Shown: positions 57,696 through 64,000 of the stretch, piece after piece
Layout: the number at the start of each line of letters is the position of its first letter
Position numbering within the stretch: position 1 is the first letter of the stretch
Position numbers and translations under genes: made by a program
The notes under the pieces: model-generated
What the model saw: the letters and a program-made list of their open reading frames with translations, nothing else
What the model was told of the DNA's origin: nothing
The model's database searches: none
IMG/VR virus record: IMGVR_UViG_3300042332_001447
Span: 31,774-95,773 of that record
Source of the DNA: a virus
Strand: one strand, 5' to 3'
Length of the DNA: 64,000 bases

Positions 57696-60600
57696 TTACA
57701 TTCCAAATAAGTCAAATAAATCTGTCTGTACTTCTCTAGAAAAATTAGGCATTCTCCATTCAATCGCTTCGTAAACACTTTCTACTGGAGCAGCTACTAT
57801 TTTTTCAAACATCTTATCATAATCAATTTTTATAAGATCTCTAAATTCTTTTGGATACTCTGCTACGAAAGCTACTGCATCAAGGTTGTGCGCATTCTTT
57901 ACAGCGTAAAAATACTTTATTTTTTGACCGGAGTTAATTTTTTCATACTTACTTTGTAAGTTGTATTTTTCAAGTAGGAGATTGTATGCAATAGCTGCCT
58001 TTACGTGACAAGGTGTACCTTTTTCAAATTTACTCAATGAAGCAGTTTTACTGTATTTTTCATAATCTTTTACAGCTCTACGAAACGAAGCATCTTGTAT
58101 ATCGAGATGCTTAAACTCCTCGTAAGCTTCTCTAAAGATTGCATTGGTCTGTTTTACATCTTTTGTTAGAAACGCTGTCTCAACAGTCTTTTTAATAAGT
58201 TCTTTTACTTTTTTTGGAGTTGTCGATCTTGCTATCTCCACTCCTACGTATTTAAACTTATTAACTGCTATACCTTCATCATCTAGTACTTGAATAATAT
58301 AGCGCTTTTTCATTAAAAACGCTCCTACTCCTGCTATTGCTTCTCTTTTAAATTCAAATCTCGGATCTATAGAGTTGAGCTCTTCTCTAGCCCATTTAAG
58401 AATCTCTGTATTAACAACCCTATCCAAATCATCCACTACTTCGTGCGCCTCTTTTGATACTACACTAGTCTCGTCTGTTAATTTAATACCGAGTTTTTTG
58501 AGTATAGGGGTAATTGTGATATAACAGGAATTGTGTACAAGTATGTCGTTTGCAAAAAATGTATGCTCTGTTTCGTCTTGCATCTCTAAATCATAAACAT
58601 ACTCATCTTCAAACTCCCCTATGTATTCTACTACAGTAATATCAGTTATTTCGTATTGCTTATTGTCGCATGTATTTTCCCTAACAACTATCATCTTGTC
58701 CGTCTTAATATTAATATCTTTAGGGGACACTCTTATTAGCTTACTGTCTCTAATTACCATACAACCGTGATCCTCGGTCATAATCACCTCTTTACCGTCA
58801 ACCACTATTCTATATTTCTTTTTAGATACTTTATGTCTTATTATATTTTTCACTCTACCTTGAACAACCTGCTCTGTTACTGAATTGTATGTTAATGCTC
58901 GGACATTATTATCTTGAACGTCTATGATTTCGTGTCCATGGTGAGTTATGTTTTTTCTATTATCTTTATAGTTTTCGTATAAAATTTCTATAGATATCTG
59001 GCCTTGATTTGTTCTTATAAGAGTTTCACCAACTACAGAATCGGTATCTCCGTATACGACAACATCTTCCGCTATACCATATTTATTAATAGCATATTGT
59101 CTAAGAATGTCAGATCCAGCTCTTGCAACTGCTTGTCCTGTGAGAGTAATAGATGAGGCATTATCAATATCCATAAACGGCGAATGCTTGTTTCCGAATA
59201 CCCCGAAAATCGAGTTAAGTAGAATCTTTAACGTGTACTGAAGTGTATCGTAATAGATAATAGAATCCTGTGTCTCTTTATCTTTTTTCTTTGAAAGCTC
59301 AAGCTCTTTCATCTTCTTTTTTGCTTCAACTCTCTCCGTATAGATCTTATTAATCAAGTTCGGGCAAACCCCTTTAAACTTCTGTGAATATAATACTCCA
59401 GCTTTAGAAACCGCAATTTTTTCTTTTTTTATAAATTCTTTAAACTTCTCTGTGCTAATACCCGAAACTTTACCGTTAACAAGCTTTATTTCAATTTTTT
59501 CGTCTTTCTCGTAATCACCTGTAACTATCTTTCCAAGCTTTGTCTCTGATGAGATGTTAAGCGTAATAATAACGTTAGGGTATAGTGAGTTTACGTCAAA
59601 GCTTACAATGCTCTCGTGTAAACCTCTGACCGGGTCTCTTACAAAGCCACCGGCTAGTGGGTCTCTAATCTCATCATTAATAAATGTAGGTATTACATAT
59701 TCTTGTTCGCTTGCTTGCAATGACATTGCACCAGTTACAATAGCGATCTTACCTAAAGCTGATTCAAAATTCGTACATCCTTTATATGCCAATAATCTAA
59801 CAATGTTGAGGTAGTTTAATTTCTCATCAAGTTTAATAAGAAGATTTACGTCTTGTATGTTGTAGTCTACAAAATTCTCCCAATCTGTTTCAGCTAAATT
59901 TGAAAGATTGGTGGCGTTAATTGCTAGTTTTCCTTCCTTAAGCTCATACTCAGAAATGTAGTTAAGAGAATATGATTCTCTATCTCCTTTTGAGAATTTT
60001 TTATATAACTCCATATAATCGATACAGCTAATACCGTGTATATTCCACTTACCCGTCTCTTGCCCGAATTCGTTTCTAAACTCTCTATAATGTAATTTTT
60101 TTAGAGGTGATAGCTGATTAATAAAATCATCATTTAATAATTTTCTACCTCTATTGATAATATACGGTATGTCAAAGTTGTTTGAATTCCACCCGACAAA
60201 TACATCTGGTGGATCAGCTTTCCAAAAATTCATGAATTTTTCAAAGAGTTCACTTTCAGAATTACATCTATGATATCTAACGTTAGAGGATTTAGGTGTA
60301 TATTCTTTCTCGACACCCCATGTATCAATCTGATTGTTTAGAGAGTTATAAACCGTTATAAGAATAACGGGGTCCTTAGCTTCCTTAGGAACGGGAAATG
60401 AGGTTGGTGAAAAAGTTTCAATGTCAAAATAGTATACCTTTAAAGGAAACTTACTAAAATCTTTACTATGTACAGTGTCTCTGTACATGTCAATTAAAAA
60501 TTGTTGATCTGGTGGTAAATTTCCGAAAAAACGTTTTCTGCTAGAATCTTTTACAAACTTACTACGCTCAAAGCTATTTCTAAAGACATGCTTCTTAAGA

Positions 60601-60758
60601 GGGGTTTTAAAAATAGATGTGGCATCTTTACCTCTTTCATCTTCTGTATACAAATACGGAGAAAAAGGCATTTCAGTATCAATTCTTACACCTTCTTCAG
60701 ACCACGTACGTAGAAATACAGATCCGTTAAAACTATCATAATAACAATTACGGTACAT
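57696..60758 (-). CDS. gp43: family B DNA polymerase gp43 with intein
   Basis: FDIET, GWNS..FD, YNIQD exonuclease motifs; DVNSLYP, KILLNSIFG, YGDTD|S. Confidence 0.95.
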   Translation of the reverse strand: MYRNCYYDSFNGSVFLRTWSEEGVRIDTEMPFSPYLYTEDERGKDATSIFKTPLKKHVFRNSFERSKFVKDSSRKRFFGNLPPDQQFLIDMYRDTVHSKDFSKFPLKVYYFDIETFSPTSFPVPKEAKDPVILITVYNSLNNQIDTWGVEKEYTPKSSNVRYHRCNSESELFEKFMNFWKADPPDVFVGWNSNNFDIPYIINRGRKLLNDDFINQLSPLKKLHYREFRNEFGQETGKWNIHGISCIDYMELYKKFSKGDRESYSLNYISEYELKEGKLAINATNLSNLAETDWENFVDYNIQDVNLLIKLDEKLNYLNIVRLLAYKGCTNFESALGKIAIVTGAMSLQASEQEYVIPTFINDEIRDPLAGGFVRDPVRGLHESIVSFDVNSLYPNVIITLNISSETKLGKIVTGDYEKDEKIEIKLVNGKVSGISTEKFKEFIKKEKIAVSKAGVLYSQKFKGVCPNLINKIYTERVEAKKKMKELELSKKKDKETQDSIIYYDTLQYTLKILLNSIFGVFGNKHSPFMDIDNASSITLTGQAVARAGSDILRQYAINKYGIAEDVVVYGDTDSVVGETLIRTNQGQISIEILYENYKDNRKNITHHGHEIIDVQDNNVRALTYNSVTEQVVQGRVKNIIRHKVSKKKYRIVVDGKEVIMTEDHGCMVIRDSKLIRVSPKDINIKTDKMIVVRENTCDNKQYEITDITVVEYIGEFEDEYVYDLEMQDETEHTFFANDILVHNSCYITITPILKKLGIKLTDETSVVSKEAHEVVDDLDRVVNTEILKWAREELNSIDPRFEFKREAIAGVGAFLMKKRYIIQVLDDEGIAVNKFKYVGVEIARSTTPKKVKELIKKTVETAFLTKDVKQTNAIFREAYEEFKHLDIQDASFRRAVKDYEKYSKTASLSKFEKGTPCHVKAAIAYNLLLEKYNLQSKYEKINSGQKIKYFYAVKNAHNLDAVAFVAEYPKEFRDLIKIDYDKMFEKIVAAPVESVYEAIEWRMPNFSREVQTDLFDLFGM
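58530..59039 (-). mobile_element. contiguous Ser-initiated mini-intein (170 aa) in polymerase motif C
   Basis: YGDTD|SVVGET...MTEDHG...VYDLEM...FFANDILVHN|SCY. Confidence 0.92.
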
Positions 60759-60796
60759 AATTTATACCGTATATTGTATATTAGATCTACTCTCTA

Positions 60797-62047
60797 TCAA
60801 GCCTTTTTCGGGTTTGTTTCTAGGAGATACTTTCTTTCTGGTGAATTATACGCAGTAAAATACGCTTCTTGATGTTTACCGATATTCTTCTCGTCTTCAA
60901 GCCAATGTCCTTCTGCAAAACCTCTAGATTTTTTACAAAGATCTACATAACGGCTTTGATCTTTAAGTGCGTATTTTACTTGATCGATAAATTCTTCACC
61001 AGTTTTGTATTTTAAGAAAGCATCTTTGTACGTCACCATATCTGGACATACACAAGGTACGCCAAGAGCTCCTGCCTCAAGCAATTTAATATTACTCTTT
61101 GCTCTATTGAAATTGTTATCTTCTAGAGCTGCAAAAGTGAGTTGAGAGCCTGAGTTTGCAACAGCTTCAGGGAACTCAGGTAACTGGACCCAAGGCACAT
61201 ACGAGATCTCACCAGAGTCAATAAATGGTTTTAGTGGTAACGGGTAGCTGCCATAAAATTGCCATTTAAAGTCTTTTCTAGATTTTATAATAGCAGGAAC
61301 AACAGCGGTAAAATCATCTCTTTGATTTGTTCTATTAACAACATCAACGTGTGTACCAGAAGCAAAGATAGAAACTACAGGTTTCTTTTTATTTTTCTCG
61401 TAACCTTTAATTAGCTTATTAATATCATAATACCTATCAAACCACCATTTGAGCAGATAATTGGGTATTACTGTTACATTTTGATTCTTTGTTTTACTCT
61501 TAAAGTAATCTCTCATGTAGTCACATGTAACGGTAACCTCATCGCACATTTCTATAATATCGATAATAGAGTTTCTGATTTCGTCAGAAGTAAACGCATC
61601 TTTATTACGATTAAAATCCGGAATATCTTCTCTAAAGACTATATCATCAATCTCGTAAATAATTTTAAATCCAATTTGTTTTGAGAGTTCTTTTAAAAAT
61701 TTAACAAAATCTCTCTGTACAGGTGTAGCTTGTCTTTGTATTTTTACAGCCTTAAGACCTTGGTAGAACCGTGGGTCTAATACCATTGCAGTAGACTCTA
61801 TAACAACCGCCTTTTGATATAGGTTAAGCATTAAATTAGGCGCCATACACCTATAAAAACTACAACCACCGTAATCCGCTAGATAGTTAAGTGCTCTCGG
61901 TAATCCTTGACCAGGCATCTCCGGAGGGGGGAGTGCATGTCTTGCAGACTGCACTGCGTGTACTGAATTTGGTATAAAGGGCGGTAAACCAATCGGTGCT
62001 CCAACTATAGAATTTAGTCCAGAATGCGTAAATGAATATTCGGTCAT
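60797..62047 (-). CDS. GT-B glycosyltransferase-like protein
   Basis: GCSFYR, YEIDD, VIPN, FNRAKSNIKLLEAGALGVP. Confidence 0.75.
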   Translation of the reverse strand: MTEYSFTHSGLNSIVGAPIGLPPFIPNSVHAVQSARHALPPPEMPGQGLPRALNYLADYGGCSFYRCMAPNLMLNLYQKAVVIESTAMVLDPRFYQGLKAVKIQRQATPVQRDFVKFLKELSKQIGFKIIYEIDDIVFREDIPDFNRNKDAFTSDEIRNSIIDIIEMCDEVTVTCDYMRDYFKSKTKNQNVTVIPNYLLKWWFDRYYDINKLIKGYEKNKKKPVVSIFASGTHVDVVNRTNQRDDFTAVVPAIIKSRKDFKWQFYGSYPLPLKPFIDSGEISYVPWVQLPEFPEAVANSGSQLTFAALEDNNFNRAKSNIKLLEAGALGVPCVCPDMVTYKDAFLKYKTGEEFIDQVKYALKDQSRYVDLCKKSRGFAEGHWLEDEKNIGKHQEAYFTAYNSPERKYLLETNPKKA

Positions 62048-63840
62048 GATAATATATATGTAATACCATTTCGTTTTTCAAGCATAATAGTATTATCTAT
62101 ATTACCTAAGACTACTGAACCTCTATGTGTTATTATATAGCTACTCTCGTTATATAAACTAAAACGCTCTCTTAATATATCTAGAACTAACTCTACCCCT
62201 TTTTCATCTAGCGCCGAGTCAATTAATTCATCATAAAACACTGTACTAAAAACTATATCTCCCTGTAGTCTCTTAATATCTAGAAACGCAAATAAACAAG
62301 CAAGATCTATTCTCTTTCTTTCACCGCCCGAGAAATTAAAATACGACTTTATATTACTTTGTTCATCTGTAATCTCGTCTTCAAAAAACTCATTAAATTT
62401 ACATATACAGTTAGCGTGTAATTTTCCTAGATAATAGGAAAGTCTTGAGTTTAACAAATCAAGCACCTTTTTAACAATATACGATTTTACACCTTCCTCA
62501 GATACAATAAACTTTACATGCTCTAAAACTTGTAATTCTGTATTAAGCTCGTTAACTTTTTGCTCTATGTTTAAAAATTCTTTTTGCGTACTATCAATAA
62601 GAGCTAATAACTGATCATTAGTTTCTAATTTTATTTTAACAATATCCTCGTGATACTGAGTTATAGATTCTTTTATATACTTAATTTTTTCAATTATCTT
62701 GTTATTGTTATCATTGATATCTAAAAGATTTTTTTTCTTTTTACTAAACGTATCTACTTCTGCTTGAGCAGTATTTCTCTCAGATACTATTTTATTAAAT
62801 ACTTCTGTCTGCTGTAATAACTCTATCTCTGTATCTTCAATTTGTTTTTCTAATTGACTTATACGTTCTTCTCTGTGTTTATTATCAACATCATCGTACG
62901 GTCTTGAACACGCCGAACAAACAGCGCCAACTTTTTTAACATCAACTATTTGTTGTTTATAATTCTGTACCTTATCTTTAACACTGTTTATTAAAACTTT
63001 TGTGCTAATGAATTTTTCATCATTCGTTTGTTTTAAAGTAATAAGAGTGTTAATTTTAGTATCAATAAGAGAGAGCGCTTTCTCCGGTACTTTTTTAAGA
63101 TGAGTGTTTAATTGCTTTATAGTTAATTCATGCTTGTTTATCTTATCTTTTATGTCTTCTTCTCTTTTAATTTTACTCTGTTCAAAATATTCAAGTTGTG
63201 TTTTATTATTCGTAATTGTATTTGTTAAGCTCGTTTGCTTTGCAAAAAATACTTCATAATCTTTTTTTGTATCATTATACTCTTCTCGTACTTGCTGAAG
63301 CATTTTAGAAAAAACTTCTAAATTTAAAACATTTTCGATATACTTTCGTTTATCTATTTTACTCTGAGCCATAAACGGCACTGTATTATTTACCGTCATC
63401 ACTACAGAGTTTTGAAACACATCGCTCGTTGCTCTTATTATGTTTTGAATAAGTTCGTTTGTTTTCGGTAAAGTAGAGAGTGTTATATCTTCATCATTTT
63501 TAAATAATTGACACTTTGTAGGTGCTATGCTTCTTTTAATAACATATCTGTCTACTACGTTATTATGTACTAAATCGAAGTGTAAAGTAACCTCACAATT
63601 CTTTTTATTGCTAGAATTAACAATAAATTCTTTACTGAGCTCCCGTATTGTTGTGCCGTAGAGTGCGAAGTGTAGAGCTTCTGTTATTGTAGATTTCCCT
63701 ACACCGTTTTTTGAGTCTTCTTTATCTCTATTAATCCCTGTAATTGCATTAATACCTCTTAGAAAAGATATTTCTGAAACATTGTTACCAAAGGAAAGAA
63801 AATTTTTAATTACGAGGTCTTTGAATACAATTATTTTCAC
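62044..63840 (-). CDS. gp46: recombination endonuclease subunit gp46 (SbcC/Rad50-like)
   Basis: KNFLSFGN, NGVGKS, CSAC zinc hook, FSGGE, FYDE, ITH. Confidence 0.92.
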   Translation of the reverse strand: MKIIVFKDLVIKNFLSFGNNVSEISFLRGINAITGINRDKEDSKNGVGKSTITEALHFALYGTTIRELSKEFIVNSSNKKNCEVTLHFDLVHNNVVDRYVIKRSIAPTKCQLFKNDEDITLSTLPKTNELIQNIIRATSDVFQNSVVMTVNNTVPFMAQSKIDKRKYIENVLNLEVFSKMLQQVREEYNDTKKDYEVFFAKQTSLTNTITNNKTQLEYFEQSKIKREEDIKDKINKHELTIKQLNTHLKKVPEKALSLIDTKINTLITLKQTNDEKFISTKVLINSVKDKVQNYKQQIVDVKKVGAVCSACSRPYDDVDNKHREERISQLEKQIEDTEIELLQQTEVFNKIVSERNTAQAEVDTFSKKKKNLLDINDNNNKIIEKIKYIKESITQYHEDIVKIKLETNDQLLALIDSTQKEFLNIEQKVNELNTELQVLEHVKFIVSEEGVKSYIVKKVLDLLNSRLSYYLGKLHANCICKFNEFFEDEITDEQSNIKSYFNFSGGERKRIDLACLFAFLDIKRLQGDIVFSTVFYDELIDSALDEKGVELVLDILRERFSLYNESSYIITHRGSVVLGNIDNTIMLEKRNGITYILS

Positions 63841-63873
63841 GTGTACACTTTATTTGATTACTTACCTGCTTTC

Positions 63874-64000
63874 GTGAACTACCGAACGACTAAAGATCGT
63901 TCGGCTTCAGAACATAAATGTTCTTTCTTTTTAGACACTTCATCGCCGCTGCTTTTAAATTGCTTTAATAGTCTTATATCAGCTCCATGCCTGTAATCGA
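63874..64000 (-). mobile_element. second copy of the IS605-like right end / omegaRNA scaffold, continuing beyond the window
   Basis: near-identical to 34541-34667, with differences mostly in one AT-rich hairpin. Confidence 0.85.

Noticed and set aside
57680-57778. N-terminal 33 codons of the 309-aa ORF call
   Set aside because: They overlap the gp43 end; the ATG at 57679 is the more plausible start. The same applies to 29680-29733 for gp53
1-64000. tRNA or rRNA genes
   Set aside because: Intergenic gaps are short and I recognised no cloverleaf or rRNA sequence; no scan was run

Overview
AT-rich segment of a large T4-like myophage genome, almost all on the minus strand. 1-24 kb holds tail fibre/adhesin-like and baseplate genes (LamG, PKD, LCCL, LRR, Pro/Thr linkers, gp6, gp25). 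24-27 kb is a small island with terS, a GIY-YIG endonuclease, dUTPase and clamp loader. 27-46 kb holds baseplate hub, tail tube, sheath, gp3 and terminase, with two head-to-head Hef-like endonucleases. 46-64 kb holds replication/recombination genes (gp45, gp32, gp41, UvsX, gp43, gp46) interleaved with a 7-deazaguanine DNA-modification set (FolE2, QueF, TGT/DpdA-like, formyltransferase, kinase, glycosyltransferase). Three things stand out. (1) Three core genes (terL, gp41, uvsX) are each fractured into two ORFs joined by split inteins, and there are two further contiguous mini-inteins. (2) A 367-bp non-autonomous IS605-type element with intact IS608-like ends and a TnpB omegaRNA-like right end sits inside a tail gene; a second copy and a third scar are also present. 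(3) A probable formyl-preQ1-type DNA hypermodification cluster surrounds the DNA polymerase. All family assignments come from motif recognition by eye, not database searches.
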